The notes: generated by a model not told the origin, from the sequence alone. A stretch of DNA of 63,665 nt from Lachnospiraceae bacterium (GCA_017524035.1 JAFWUY010000013.1:1-63665), one strand, 5' to 3'; counted from the first letter of the stretch, positions 29,226 to 40,602 are shown. Program-made: numbers and translations.

Positions 29226-30796
29226 TGAAAATATTTATCATTAAGAAAAAAACCGCACTTATATCGCTTCTGATCTCAGTGCTTTCAATATACTTTTACA
29301 GATTTATCCTTTCCGATATCGGAGTGGGATATATGATCAGTGCTTATCTTGTCTGTATTTTGGTATGGATGCTTTTCGGAGAAGGCTTTTCCGATGTCAT
29401 GTCCAGAATGATCAGATCAAGACTTTCAAAGGGGCAGAAATCAAATGCCGGAACGATTCTCTCCGTATGTCTGGTCAACCAGTTTCTGTGTGCGCTTTTA
29501 GGTTCGGTACTTTGTATAGCGGTCACATATTATTCCATGAGTGATTTCTTTGCATTGCCGAAGGGAAGATTTCTCGGTTTCTATATCGCTGCTTTTTTCT
29601 TCTTCAGGATGCTCAATGAGTTTTTCTACGGATATGCATCCGTTTCATCCGGAGACAGGGCTATATGCATCTCATATGTGCTCAGGGAACTGCTTAGGGT
29701 TGTGTCCGGATTCTTCCTGATGAAGTTTATGTACGATAAGGGTGTTATTGCCGGGCGGATCCTTATGGATGACGATATGAAATTCATTTATGCGGCTGCC
29801 GGGCTGTTCATCGGCTTCTGCATTGCCGAGGCTTTTGTGTTCCTGTTCATGTTCATTGTAAGACTCGGACTTAAGATGAAGAGCGTGGGAGAACATGATG
29901 CGTTTTCAGGCAGGGACCGTGCGGGATATATATTCTTCACAATCTGGAGAAGACGTCTCGGTAGTATCATTCACGGTGTCTTCTTCTGCCTTATTCTGTA
30001 TTCATGCATTATGATGGCCGAAAATGCCGCATCGATCGGCAATGCCGTTTGTATGCTCTTTATTCCGTTTGCTGTTTCCGCCGTTGTATCACTTTTCTGC
30101 GGAACAACGGCATCGATTAACTGGGTCGGCAGTGTGCGCAAGAATGAAAAAGGTTCATCAAGGGCGTTTTTTGATTTCGGTATTCATATCGTTGTTATTA
30201 CCGCCGTTTTCTTTACTGCTTTCTTCGCATCCGTTTCCAAATTGCTGACCAAGGTGCTTGTTCCGGAAGGAGGAATTTCATTTACGACCGATCTGTTCCT
30301 GATTCTTTTCGCTTCGGTCGCATTTGTTATGTTCTACTTCTGCGACGGGCTCTGTGCAATGAGGGATGACCGTATTCCGAGAATAATCGCGGATGCGGCT
30401 GCCGGATTTGCCGGACTTCTTACCGTCAGACTCAGCCTTGGAACTCATTCACTGTTCAGGTCACTTATGCTTTCCGTACTTGTATATTCGGTAGTGGGAA
30501 TGGCAGCATGGTGCGTTATAACTTACCTTCGCATGAGTATGGTTTTTGATCCGCTCAGGAATGTGCTCCTTCCGATAGTTTCGGGAGCCGTGGCCGCAAT
30601 ATTCCTTCTTCTTATCACCAATGTGGCAGCTCCGCATCTCGGAAACCTGTTTACGATTTTCCTCTGCATACCGATAGGGCTTATCATTTATCATGCCGTG
30701 CTTCTGCTTCTAAGGAATTATACGGAATATGAACTTAAGCTTATGCCTTTGGGCGGACTTCTCTACAGTCTCGGTCAGATTTTGAAAGTAATGTAA
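29225..30796 (+). CDS. MOP-superfamily flippase-like membrane protein (divergent MurJ/SpoVB-like)
   Basis: About 14 TM helices in 523 aa; family call is from topology and N-terminal pattern only. Confidence 0.6.
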   Translation: MKIFIIKKKTALISLLISVLSIYFYRFILSDIGVGYMISAYLVCILVWMLFGEGFSDVMSRMIRSRLSKGQKSNAGTILSVCLVNQFLCALLGSVLCIAVTYYSMSDFFALPKGRFLGFYIAAFFFFRMLNEFFYGYASVSSGDRAICISYVLRELLRVVSGFFLMKFMYDKGVIAGRILMDDDMKFIYAAAGLFIGFCIAEAFVFLFMFIVRLGLKMKSVGEHDAFSGRDRAGYIFFTIWRRRLGSIIHGVFFCLILYSCIMMAENAASIGNAVCMLFIPFAVSAVVSLFCGTTASINWVGSVRKNEKGSSRAFFDFGIHIVVITAVFFTAFFASVSKLLTKVLVPEGGISFTTDLFLILFASVAFVMFYFCDGLCAMRDDRIPRIIADAAAGFAGLLTVRLSLGTHSLFRSLMLSVLVYSVVGMAAWCVITYLRMSMVFDPLRNVLLPIVSGAVAAIFLLLITNVAAPHLGNLFTIFLCIPIGLIIYHAVLLLLRNYTEYELKLMPLGGLLYSLGQILKVM

Positions 30797-30797
30797 G

Positions 30798-32501
30798 ATG
30801 CTTCGTTTGGATCAGATCAAAATCAGAGTGAATGACAAACAGCCGGATCTTCGCAGGGCTGTCTGTTCGAAACTTAAGATCCCGGATTCGGATATCTTAT
30901 CTGTAGGTATCATAAGAAGATCTCTCGATGCAAGGAAAAAACCGGATCTGTTCTATGTTTACAGTCTCTGCATAGAATGCGTAAATGAGGACAGGCTCCT
31001 GAAGAGATTTTCCAAAGATGCCGGTATTTCTCCCTACGCAAAAAAAGAATACGAACTCCCCGAAACCGGAAGTGAAAAACTGATTGACAGACCCGTGATC
31101 GTCGGAATGGGGCCTGCCGGTCTTTTCTGTGCTTATGAGCTTGCAAGGGCAGGATTTAAGCCTCTTGTGATCGAACGCGGAAGATGCGTCGAAGACAGGG
31201 CAGGTGATGTCGAAAGATTCTGGGAGACAGGAATACTTGATACATCCAGCAATGTCCAGTTCGGTGAAGGCGGAGCGGGAACTTTTTCAGACGGAAAACT
31301 TTCCACTTCGGTTAAGGACAAGGACGGCAGGATAGGAGAGGTTCTTAAAACATTCGTCGAATTCGGAGCGGACGATGAGATACTGTATGATCATATGCCG
31401 CATCTCGGTACGGATGTACTTCCGGGTATAGTAAGAAACATAAGAAACAGGATCATTGAACTCGGCGGTGAGGTCAGATTTGAAACCTGTCTTACAGGCA
31501 TCGGATGCACGGACGGACAGGTTGAATCGGTTACTGTAAGATGCCGTGACGGAAGTGAAGAACGGATCGATACCTCTGTTCTGGCTCTTGCCATCGGACA
31601 TTCGGCTAGAGATACATATAAGCTGCTTTATGACAGCGGACTTAAGATGGAACAAAAGGCCTTTGCCGCAGGTTTCAGAGTACAGCACCCCCAGTCGCTC
31701 ATCAACGAAAACCAATATGGGGACGAAAAATATGCGGACATACTGGGCGCATCACCATACAAGCTTACCGCCAATTTCGGAGACAGGGGTGTTTTTTCTT
31801 TCTGCATGTGCCCCGGGGGATATGTCGTTAATTCCTCGTCCGAAGAAGGAGAGACTGTTGTCAACGGTATGAGCTACAGCGGAAGGGATTCAGCCAATGC
31901 CAATTCTGCCATAGTTGTGAGCATTCCCGTTTCCGATTACCCTTCGGATCATCCGCTTGCCGGTATCGAATATCAAAGAGAGATCGAAAGAAGAGCATAC
32001 AAAGCGGCAGGAGGCAGGATACCCGCTCAGCGGTACGGTGACTATAAGGCAAAGGTGAAACAGGGGGCGGCTTACGCTGTTTCCTGCGAGGCAAAAGATG
32101 TGGAAGGTTCTGCCGTTCATCAAATTCCCGTAAGCGGAGAAATATCGTTTTCTTCAGAGTCTTTTACCGTTGATCCCGTATTCAAGGGTTCGTACGAATG
32201 GTGTGATCTTTCCGGAATATTTGACGATAATATAAATGAACTGTTCATTTCCGGCATGACACGTTTCGGAAATGTGATCAAAGGGTTTGATTCTCCCGAA
32301 ACGATAATGGCCGGAGTTGAGTCCAGAACAAGTTCTCCGGTCAGGATTCCGAGAGATGACGATATGCAGTCTTCGATAAAGGGACTGATCCCATTGGGAG
32401 AAGGCGCGGGTTACGCCGGAGGAATAACCTCGGCTGCTGTCGACGGAATTCGCGGTGCGGAGACTATCATAAGAAAATATGCTGTGATCAATATGGTTTA
32501 A
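30798..32501 (+). CDS. FAD-dependent oxidoreductase (uncharacterised family)
   Basis: VGMGPAG, QFGEGGAGTFSDGKL, FCMCPGG, GEGAGYAGGITSAAVDG. Confidence 0.9.
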   Translation: MLRLDQIKIRVNDKQPDLRRAVCSKLKIPDSDILSVGIIRRSLDARKKPDLFYVYSLCIECVNEDRLLKRFSKDAGISPYAKKEYELPETGSEKLIDRPVIVGMGPAGLFCAYELARAGFKPLVIERGRCVEDRAGDVERFWETGILDTSSNVQFGEGGAGTFSDGKLSTSVKDKDGRIGEVLKTFVEFGADDEILYDHMPHLGTDVLPGIVRNIRNRIIELGGEVRFETCLTGIGCTDGQVESVTVRCRDGSEERIDTSVLALAIGHSARDTYKLLYDSGLKMEQKAFAAGFRVQHPQSLINENQYGDEKYADILGASPYKLTANFGDRGVFSFCMCPGGYVVNSSSEEGETVVNGMSYSGRDSANANSAIVVSIPVSDYPSDHPLAGIEYQREIERRAYKAAGGRIPAQRYGDYKAKVKQGAAYAVSCEAKDVEGSAVHQIPVSGEISFSSESFTVDPVFKGSYEWCDLSGIFDDNINELFISGMTRFGNVIKGFDSPETIMAGVESRTSSPVRIPRDDDMQSSIKGLIPLGEGAGYAGGITSAAVDGIRGAETIIRKYAVINMV

Positions 32502-32526
32502 ACTCCGGGGGGAGAGGCATATAACC

Positions 32527-33786
32527 ATGAAAATGAATAAACATAATGTTAAAAGATCCATATTGTTTGTACTTCTCGGTATAATGATCTCCGGTGTTCT
32601 TATTACGGCTTTTTCATGGATCGTTTCCGATATCAGTGCAAAGATGACATATGAGGCTGCGCTTTCCGTCAAGAAGAACATGCTCTATGAGTATGTTAAT
32701 AATTTTATTATCTATCTGGACGGTGAATGCGATCAGTACCTTGCCGCTCATCCCGATGCCGATGAAACCGAGCTGGAAGAGGCAATGCTTGCGATTGCCC
32801 ATAAGCGGATCTATGAGGAAAAGCATTTTGACGGAGCCTACATGTGGATCCAGAAGGTTCTTGATTATAACGGCGGAGACAATTATGCGATAAGACTGGT
32901 TCATCCGAATCTTTCCGATACCGAAGGCTGTTATCTGTCCACAAATGAAGTCAATCAAATGGGAATGAAAGCCTATGAGATTGAACTTCAGGGTATTGTA
33001 GCCGATGGAGAGATCTATCAGAATTATGCTTTCAAGAAGCTGGAATCCGATGAAGTGACCGAAAAGGTAACTTATGCCAAGCTCTATGAACCCTTTGACT
33101 GGATCATATGCATGGGCGTTAATCTTGACGATGTTGAGCATTATAAATTCACCGCACATGACAATGTGTTTAAATATCAGGTGATCACACTCTGCCTGGT
33201 AGTTTTTTCCTGGATGATACTTCTGTTCCTGTTCCTGATAGTCTACAGGAGGATCGGTATAAAGGAGTATGAGCAGAAGAACCGTGAACTCAAAGACAAA
33301 CTCAACTGGGACGCACTGACAGGAGCCAATTCAAGGATATACGGTGACCGTCTGCTTGAGAGAGAATTTGGTGAATTCAAGGAAGGCAAGAAGGATACGC
33401 TGATCCTCATGATGGATGTTGATATGTTTAAGCAGTTCAATGACGGATACGGTCATGAAGTCGGTGATAAGGTTTTGAAAGAATTTGTTGCTGCGGTACA
33501 CAGATGCACAAGATCGACGGACAAAATAATCCGCTGGGGCGGCGATGAATTCGTAGTCATACTTCAGCATGTTTCAGAAGAGCTGCTTCCGGCTATAGGG
33601 GACAAGATACTCGAATCCGTACGTTCGATCAGGGTTGAAGGACTGCCCGGGGATGTGAAGATAACTTCTTCCATGGGATTTGCTTTCTTCAGCGATGATG
33701 ACGAAGCGTATAAGGATACCCTTGCAAGAGCCGATGAAGCCCTCTACAGAGCCAAGGATGCAGGACGCAATAATTGGAAAGTCTGA
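32527..33786 (+). CDS. Diguanylate cyclase with extracellular Cache domain
   Basis: TM-Cache-TM (YEPFDWIICMG), DALTG, DVDMFKQFNDGYGHEVGD, RSTD I-site, RWGGDEF. Confidence 0.92.
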   Translation: MKMNKHNVKRSILFVLLGIMISGVLITAFSWIVSDISAKMTYEAALSVKKNMLYEYVNNFIIYLDGECDQYLAAHPDADETELEEAMLAIAHKRIYEEKHFDGAYMWIQKVLDYNGGDNYAIRLVHPNLSDTEGCYLSTNEVNQMGMKAYEIELQGIVADGEIYQNYAFKKLESDEVTEKVTYAKLYEPFDWIICMGVNLDDVEHYKFTAHDNVFKYQVITLCLVVFSWMILLFLFLIVYRRIGIKEYEQKNRELKDKLNWDALTGANSRIYGDRLLEREFGEFKEGKKDTLILMMDVDMFKQFNDGYGHEVGDKVLKEFVAAVHRCTRSTDKIIRWGGDEFVVILQHVSEELLPAIGDKILESVRSIRVEGLPGDVKITSSMGFAFFSDDDEAYKDTLARADEALYRAKDAGRNNWKV

Positions 33787-33810
33787 CCGGTTTATTAAGG
33801 AGAAACGATC

Positions 33811-35405
33811 ATGTCACAAAAAGCTAAGATAACGGTACATCCTTCATATGAGATAGGAGAGATCTCGGACAGGCTTTTTTCCGCATTCCTTGAACCCATC
33901 GGCACCATAGTCAATGGTACAATGTACAACCCCAAGCATCCGACAGCGGATGAGCAGGGATTCAGGACAGATTTCATTGATGCGCTCAAGGCTTCGGGAC
34001 TTCCGGCTGTCAGAATGCCCGGAGGCAATTTTGTTTCGGCATGGCAGTGGAAGGATTCCATCGGACCCAAGTCTGAGAGAAAGGTTCATCTCGATCCTTC
34101 GTGGCATCAGTATATAACCAATGATGTAGGCCATGACGAATATCTTCAGTGGGCCGAAAAGGTTGGAACTGAACCCCTTTATACCGTTAATATGGGAACC
34201 GGTACGATCCAGGATGCGATGGATCTTGTTGAATATACAAATCACTCCGGAGGGTCATACTGGTCGGATCTCCGAAAGAAGAACGGTCATGAGGATCCGT
34301 ATAATGTTAAGATGTGGTATCTCGGAAACGAGATGGACGGACCATGGCAGCTGGGTGCCTGGGATAAGAATCCCGAAGGCTACGGACACAAGGTCCTCGA
34401 AACCTCCAAGGCGATCAAGTGGATCGATGAAAGCATAGAAACCGCTGTTTGCGGCTCGTCCGCACCTTTTATGGAAACATTTCCCGCATGGGATGAGGCT
34501 GTGCTTGATAAGTGTTATGATGTCGTTGATTATGTATCCGTACATCATTATCACTCGGCTCCTCCCGGAGATATCAAGGCGCTTCTTGGCGGTTCACTGT
34601 ATTATGAGGATTATATCAATAACCTTACCTCGATGATCGACTATGTGGCATCGAAGCACAGATCACCCAAAAAGGTCATGATCTCGCTTGATGAATACGG
34701 ATGCATGGTAAGACCGCTCGAGCCTCTTCATCCCGGATACGGTCGATACAATATGGCACGAAACCATTACAAGTTCGATCCGTCAAGATCCTATGTGCTT
34801 CATGATCCCGACAATATGCCGGAAAGAATATTCCCCGGCGGTGATATGATACATGCACTCGGAAATGCATCTGTTCAGCTTGCGATGCTGCGTCATGCGG
34901 ACCGTGTCAAGATCGGATGCCAGACCGGCGGACTTGCCGCATTGCTGCGTCGAATCATGATCATATATGGAAGAGTGCATCACACTACTCGTTCACACAA
35001 CTCATTGAGTATGCAAAGGGTACTTCAATGGATGTCAGGGTTGAGAGTGAGACCTTTGATATGCCGGGGTATGCCATAGAGGACACTTCCCAGTATACCG
35101 GAAAGGAAGGCGTCAATTATATCGATGCCGCATCCGCATGGGATAAGGCGTCCAACAGGCTTTCGGTCTTTGTCATAAACAGAAACGAGGAGAGTGATTA
35201 TCCTCTTACCCTGGATATAAAAGGCTTTGAGGGCTACAAGTTAAAGCTTGCAACCTCGATGACTGCGGATGATCTTGAATCGAGAAATGAATTCGGCAAT
35301 GAATTCATCAGTCCTGAAGAAATTAAGGAATACACTCTTGAAAACGGTGAATTTAATGTCCGTGTAAAGCCGCTTTCATGGAATGTTTTCGTATTCGAAG
35401 GATGA
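33811..35405 (+). pseudogene. GH51 alpha-L-arabinofuranosidase, split by a 1-nt frameshift near 34944
   Basis: RMPGGNF, WYLGNEMDGPWQ, ISLDEYG, LRHADRVKIG in ORF 33811; the C-terminal domain (VFVINR...VKPLSWNV) continues in ORF 34917..35405. Confidence 0.85.
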
Positions 35406-35418
35406 GCGGATCTGCAAT

Positions 35419-36234
35419 ATGAAGAAAAATATCGCAAATATCATAACCGGAATAAGGGTCGTAATCAGTCTGATGATCCTTATTTTTCCTGCATTTTCGG
35501 TATGGTATTACGCTCTGTATATTTCGGGCGGATTGACGGATGTTCTCGACGGTGCGGTTGCAAGGCGGCTTAATACGGAATCCGAATTCGGTGATAAATT
35601 CGACACTATTGCGGATATAACGTTCTCCATGGCAGTATTTTTAAAGCTCGTCGGTATGATCATTGTGCCTACCTGGTTATTGCTCTGGATATGCCTGATA
35701 ATACTGATCAAGTTTTCAAGCATCATCGTATCGCTTACGGTTCTTCACCGTTTTATTTCAATTCATTCGAAGATAAATAAGTTCTGCGGTTTTTATGTAT
35801 ACTTCATGCTTTTTTCACTCGGACTGTCCATACACTGGCAGATCAAGTTTGTTCTTGTTGTTGCAGCCTGCATCATCGCCTCCGTTGCGGCAATCCATGA
35901 AGCATACAGCATTTTTGTCGGAGGTCCCGGAAATGTTGATGAAGCCATGGACAGGGTTGAAAGAATGGAACTGATCTTCGATAAACTCGGAGATCTGATA
36001 TATGAAGCCGATAATGATGTGATCACCGACGATCTGATATCGAGGTATAAGGCTTTTCAGCCCAAGGTCAGGGAGCTTGAACGATACTATTCGAGTCGTG
36101 ACTGGAAAAATGATCACAAGATGGATGAGCAGGGCAAATTCCCAGCGTATTTCAAAAGAGGAGTCCTCTCGGAGGACGGTATATACAACACTCTTGACAG
36201 GAATAAAGAGCTCCTCGAAAAAATAGGACGCTGA
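35419..36234 (+). CDS. CDP-alcohol phosphatidyltransferase fused to a DUF4298-like domain
   Basis: TDVLDGAVARR..GDKFDTIAD motif; the C-terminal LERYYSS..W..D..G...KRGVLSEDGIYN pattern is recognised as DUF4298-like. Confidence 0.75.
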   Translation: MKKNIANIITGIRVVISLMILIFPAFSVWYYALYISGGLTDVLDGAVARRLNTESEFGDKFDTIADITFSMAVFLKLVGMIIVPTWLLLWICLIILIKFSSIIVSLTVLHRFISIHSKINKFCGFYVYFMLFSLGLSIHWQIKFVLVVAACIIASVAAIHEAYSIFVGGPGNVDEAMDRVERMELIFDKLGDLIYEADNDVITDDLISRYKAFQPKVRELERYYSSRDWKNDHKMDEQGKFPAYFKRGVLSEDGIYNTLDRNKELLEKIGR

Positions 36235-36258
36235 CCCCATAAATTATAGTAAGAATAT

Positions 36259-36287
36259 TTGACAGTTAATGCTCTTGGATTTATAGT
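36259..36287 (+). promoter_or_regulatory. Sigma-A promoter of the proB operon (TTGACA-17-TATAGT)
   Basis: Hexamers at 36259-36264 and 36282-36287. Confidence 0.7.
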
Positions 36288-36358
36288 AAAACGGTATGTT
36301 TACTAAGATCTGAGGGCTTTTTTGCCCGGAAAAATTATAACAGCGGTTTAATGAAAAA

Positions 36359-37225
36359 ATGAGCGATTTAAGAGAGAATTTTAAGAACAAGAAAAGAATT
36401 GTGGTTAAGATCGGATCGTCATCGATCAATCATCCCGAAAGCGGCGGAATGGATTTTTCAAGGATCGAGCTTCTTGTAAGGCAGCTCTGTGATATCCATA
36501 ATTCCGGCAAGGATGTCGTGCTTGTATCATCGGGTGCGATCGCTGCAGGAAAGTACGCCATCGGCTACGGAAGGGACAGATCGATCTCACATGAGCTTAC
36601 GCTTCCCCAGAAGCAGGCATGTGCCGCCATCGGTCAGGGAAGACTGATGAATATATATGAGAAGTTCTTTACCGAGTATAACCAGCTTCCCGCCCAGGTA
36701 CTCATGACCAAGGACACCGTGCTCAATGACGGCAACAGGAATAATGCGACCAACACCTTTAAAGCCCTTCTTGATATGGGGGTTATCCCCATCGTTAACG
36801 AGAATGATACCATTGCTACCAATGAGATCGAGATCGGCGATAACGATACTCTTTCGGCAATGGTTGCTTCAATGGTAGGAGCCGATCTGCTCATTCTTTT
36901 ATCGGATATCGAGGGACTTTATACCGATGATCCCAATAAGAACCCCGAAGCAAAGTTTATCAAAGAGGTTCCGAAGATCACGTCAGAGTATCTTGAGATG
37001 GGAAAGGGTTCCACCGGAACCGGAATGGGAACCGGCGGGATGTGTACCAAGCTCAATGCAGCACGTATAGCTGCCAAGTCCGGAGCCGATATGGTCATCT
37101 GTTCAAGCAAGGACCTTACCATACTTTCAAGAATAATCGCCGGTGAGGATGTCGGAACAGCTTTTGCGGCAGATCCGGACGAGAATTTCAAACTTCAGGA
37201 TTTTATATCCGAAATACTTAAGTGA
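36359..37225 (+). CDS. proB: Glutamate 5-kinase (no PUA domain)
   Basis: VVKIGSSS, SSGAIAAG, NENDT, GDNDTLSA, GTGGMCTKL. Confidence 0.96.
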   Translation: MSDLRENFKNKKRIVVKIGSSSINHPESGGMDFSRIELLVRQLCDIHNSGKDVVLVSSGAIAAGKYAIGYGRDRSISHELTLPQKQACAAIGQGRLMNIYEKFFTEYNQLPAQVLMTKDTVLNDGNRNNATNTFKALLDMGVIPIVNENDTIATNEIEIGDNDTLSAMVASMVGADLLILLSDIEGLYTDDPNKNPEAKFIKEVPKITSEYLEMGKGSTGTGMGTGGMCTKLNAARIAAKSGADMVICSSKDLTILSRIIAGEDVGTAFAADPDENFKLQDFISEILK

Positions 37226-37237
37226 TAAGAGGTTTTT

Positions 37238-37846
37238 ATGGCAGATCCCAGACAGGAAATTACCAAAAAACAGATAAGGACCGATATCATCGCAAGAAGG
37301 GATGCACTTTCCGAGATTCAGAGGAAAGCAGCTTCCGAAGAGGTATGTGCCAAGATCCTTGCCGATCCTTTTTATGCCAAAGCAAGGAAGATACTCGGCT
37401 TCATGCCATTCGGATCCGAGATAGATATCAAGCCCGCTCTTGAGCAGGCTCTCAAGGATGAAAAGGAAGTATATCTTCCCAGGATAACCACCAACGGTTT
37501 TCATAAGGAGATGGAATTCAGAAAGGTTACGGATGTCAATCCCGTGAATTTCTCCTTTGGCAAGTACAAGATACTTGAGCCGTCCGAAGAAAACGAACTG
37601 TACGAGTATAATGAAGCGGATGCAATGATGCTTCCTTACAAGGATATCATGATCATGCCCGGTGTCGCATTTGATTCATTCAATAAGAGAGTCGGATACG
37701 GCGGAGGATACTTTGACAGGTTCCTTGAAGATAAGCTTACACTCAGACTTCATTCGATCGGCGTATGTCATAAATGTCAGATGGTCGAATATGAGATACC
37801 TGAGGATGAAGGAGATGTCAGACCTTACAGGATTTATTTTGCATAA
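37238..37846 (+). CDS. 5-formyltetrahydrofolate cyclo-ligase
   Basis: MPGVAFD..KRVGYGGGYFDRFL motif. Confidence 0.92.
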   Translation: MADPRQEITKKQIRTDIIARRDALSEIQRKAASEEVCAKILADPFYAKARKILGFMPFGSEIDIKPALEQALKDEKEVYLPRITTNGFHKEMEFRKVTDVNPVNFSFGKYKILEPSEENELYEYNEADAMMLPYKDIMIMPGVAFDSFNKRVGYGGGYFDRFLEDKLTLRLHSIGVCHKCQMVEYEIPEDEGDVRPYRIYFA

Positions 37847-37855
37847 GAGGTGAAT

Positions 37856-39106
37856 ATGTACGATCTTATAAGCTTAGGCGAAAAAGCACGTAAAGCAAAA
37901 TATGATGCGGCTGTTATACCTACAGATAAAAAGAATGAGGTTCTGCTGAAGTGTGCGGAAGCTCTTAAGGCAAATGAAGGCGATATCATAAAAGCCAATG
38001 CCATAGATCTTGAAAATGCCGTGGCAAACGGCATGAGTACAGCTATGCAGGACAGACTTAAGTTGACTCCGGAAAGGATCGATGGGATAAATGAAGGCCT
38101 CAGACAGGTCAGCGAATTACCCGATCCCGTAGGTGAGATCATGGATGAGTGGGACAGACCGAACGGTCTTCACATTACCAAGGTCCGCGTTCCCATGGGC
38201 GTTATCGGTATCATCTATGAATCCAGACCCAATGTAACTCCCGATGCATTCTCGCTTACCTTTAAGGCCGGCAGTGCCTGCATTCTTAAGGGCGGCAGCG
38301 ACTGCATCGAATCCAATAAAGCCATCGTTAAGGTTCTCAGGAAAGTGCTGGAAGATGAGGGACTCAACCCCGATATCCTTCAGCTCATCGAATCGACCGA
38401 CAGGGCTGTTACGACCGAGTTCATGAAGATGAAGGACTATATCGATGTTCTCATCCCAAGGGGCGGTGCCGGACTCATCCGTGCGGTCGTTGAGAATTCC
38501 ATGATACCCGTCATTGAGACCGGAACCGGAAACTGCCATGTGTATGTGGATAAGGATGCCGATCTCGATATGGCCGTAAATATCATCTTTAACGCAAAGA
38601 CACAGCGCATTTCCGTATGTAATTCAATGGAAAGCCTTGTGGTCCATAAGGATATTAAGGATGCGCTTCTTCCCAGACTTTATGAGAAGCTTTCCGAGAA
38701 GAATGTGGAGTTCAGATGTGATGCCGAATCACTCGGTGTACTCGGTGATAAGGCAAAGGCTGCCACAGAAGAGGATTTCGGAAAGGAATATCTTGATTAC
38801 ATTCTTTCCGTTAAGACCGTTTCAAGTGTGGACGAAGCAATCGATCACATTAACAGATACAGCACCCATCATTCCGAGAGCATCGTTACTTCAAATAAAG
38901 AAACCGCGGAAAAGTTCCTTGAACGTGTCGATGCGGCATGCGTATATCAGAACGTATCAACCAGATTTACCGACGGTTTCGAATTCGGATTCGGTGCCGA
39001 GATCGGAATCTCTACGCAGAAGCTTCACGCAAGAGGACCCATGGGACTTAAGGAGATCACTTCCTACAAGTTCCGCATCGAAGGAAACGGTCAGGTCAGA
39101 GGATAA
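37856..39106 (+). CDS. proA: Gamma-glutamyl phosphate reductase
   Basis: [42 protein letters not shown]. Confidence 0.96.
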   Translation: MYDLISLGEKARKAKYDAAVIPTDKKNEVLLKCAEALKANEGDIIKANAIDLENAVANGMSTAMQDRLKLTPERIDGINEGLRQVSELPDPVGEIMDEWDRPNGLHITKVRVPMGVIGIIYESRPNVTPDAFSLTFKAGSACILKGGSDCIESNKAIVKVLRKVLEDEGLNPDILQLIESTDRAVTTEFMKMKDYIDVLIPRGGAGLIRAVVENSMIPVIETGTGNCHVYVDKDADLDMAVNIIFNAKTQRISVCNSMESLVVHKDIKDALLPRLYEKLSEKNVEFRCDAESLGVLGDKAKAATEEDFGKEYLDYILSVKTVSSVDEAIDHINRYSTHHSESIVTSNKETAEKFLERVDAACVYQNVSTRFTDGFEFGFGAEIGISTQKLHARGPMGLKEITSYKFRIEGNGQVRG

Positions 39107-39126
39107 ATCGAAAGGATTTTTTAGAT

Positions 39127-40581
39127 ATGGAGAAGATAAGAACAAGATATGCACCATCACCCACGGGTAAGATGCATGTCGGAAATTTAAGAACCGCACT
39201 CTATGAGTTTCTTGTCGCAAAGCATGCCGGCGGAGACTTCATGCTCAGGATCGAGGATACCGATCAGGAGAGATTTGTTGAGGGAGCCATCGACATCATC
39301 AACAGAACTCTTGAAAAGACCGGTCTTTATCATGACGAAGGTCCCGATAAGGACGGCGGAGTAGGCCCCTATGTTCAGTCAGAGAGAGTTAAGACCGGCA
39401 TTTACATGAAATATGCCAAGGAGCTTATCGAAAAGGGAGAGGCATATTACTGCTTCTGCGATAAAGAAAGACTCGATTCACTCAAGACTGCCGTATCCGA
39501 AGACGGCAAGACCATAACCGTATATGATAAGCACTGCCTCGGACTTTCCAAGGAAGAGGTGGAAAAGAATCTCGCAGAGGGCAAACCTTTTGTCATAAGG
39601 CAGAATATTCCCAATGAAGGAACAACCACCTTCAGCGATGAACTTTACGGGGATATCACCGTTGAGAATTCCGAGCTTGATGATATGATCCTCATCAAGT
39701 CTGACGGATATCCCACTTATAATTTTGCGAATGTTGTCGATGACCATACAATGAACATCACACATGTCGTAAGAGGTAATGAGTATATTTCTTCATCACC
39801 GAAGTATCAGAGACTTTATGACGCATTCGGATGGAAGAGTCCCGTATACATCCATCTGCCCCTGATAACCGATGAGAACCATAAGAAGCTTTCAAAGAGA
39901 AGCGGACATTCTTCATTTGAGGATCTTTTGGAGCAGGGATTTATTTCGGAGGCTATAGTCAATTACATTGCACTTCTCGGATGGTCACCTGAGGACAACA
40001 GGGAGATCTTCTCACTCGATGAGCTTATAAAGGAATTTGATTATCATCGTATAAGCAAGTCACCTGCAGTATTCGATATCCAGAAGCTTAAATGGATGAA
40101 CGGTGAATACCTGAAGGCTATGGATGATGAGAAGTTCTTTGAGATGGCTAAGCCTTATCTTGAGGCTGCACTTCCTCAGGGAATGGATCTTAAGAAGGTT
40201 GCATCCAAGGTAAAGACCAGAATAGAGGTCTTCCCCGATATTGCGGAACAGGTTGATTTCCTTACCGCAGTTCCCGAGTACTCGACCGAACTTTATGCGA
40301 ACAAGAAGAATAAGATTGATGAAGCTGCTTCTCTGTCGGTACTTAAGGATGTTCTTCCCATTCTTGAAGCACAGGATGATTATTCCAACGATGCCCTTTA
40401 TGCTGCACTTCTTAAGTATGCCGAAGAAAAGGGATTTAAGAACGGATATGTTATGTGGCCGGTAAGAATCGCTCTTTCCGGAAAAGTCATGACTCCCGCT
40501 GGCGCTACGGAGATACTTGAGCTTCTCGGAAAAGAAGAATCATTAAAGAGAATAAAGGAAGCCATCGCTAAGCTTTCGTAA
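39127..40581 (+). CDS. gltX: Glutamate--tRNA ligase
   Basis: [12 protein letters not shown] (HIGH-like), LRIEDTD, KLSKR. Confidence 0.97.
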   Translation: MEKIRTRYAPSPTGKMHVGNLRTALYEFLVAKHAGGDFMLRIEDTDQERFVEGAIDIINRTLEKTGLYHDEGPDKDGGVGPYVQSERVKTGIYMKYAKELIEKGEAYYCFCDKERLDSLKTAVSEDGKTITVYDKHCLGLSKEEVEKNLAEGKPFVIRQNIPNEGTTTFSDELYGDITVENSELDDMILIKSDGYPTYNFANVVDDHTMNITHVVRGNEYISSSPKYQRLYDAFGWKSPVYIHLPLITDENHKKLSKRSGHSSFEDLLEQGFISEAIVNYIALLGWSPEDNREIFSLDELIKEFDYHRISKSPAVFDIQKLKWMNGEYLKAMDDEKFFEMAKPYLEAALPQGMDLKKVASKVKTRIEVFPDIAEQVDFLTAVPEYSTELYANKKNKIDEAASLSVLKDVLPILEAQDDYSNDALYAALLKYAEEKGFKNGYVMWPVRIALSGKVMTPAGATEILELLGKEESLKRIKEAIAKLS

Positions 40582-40602
40582 ATTATCTGCTTATAAAAAC
40601 AG

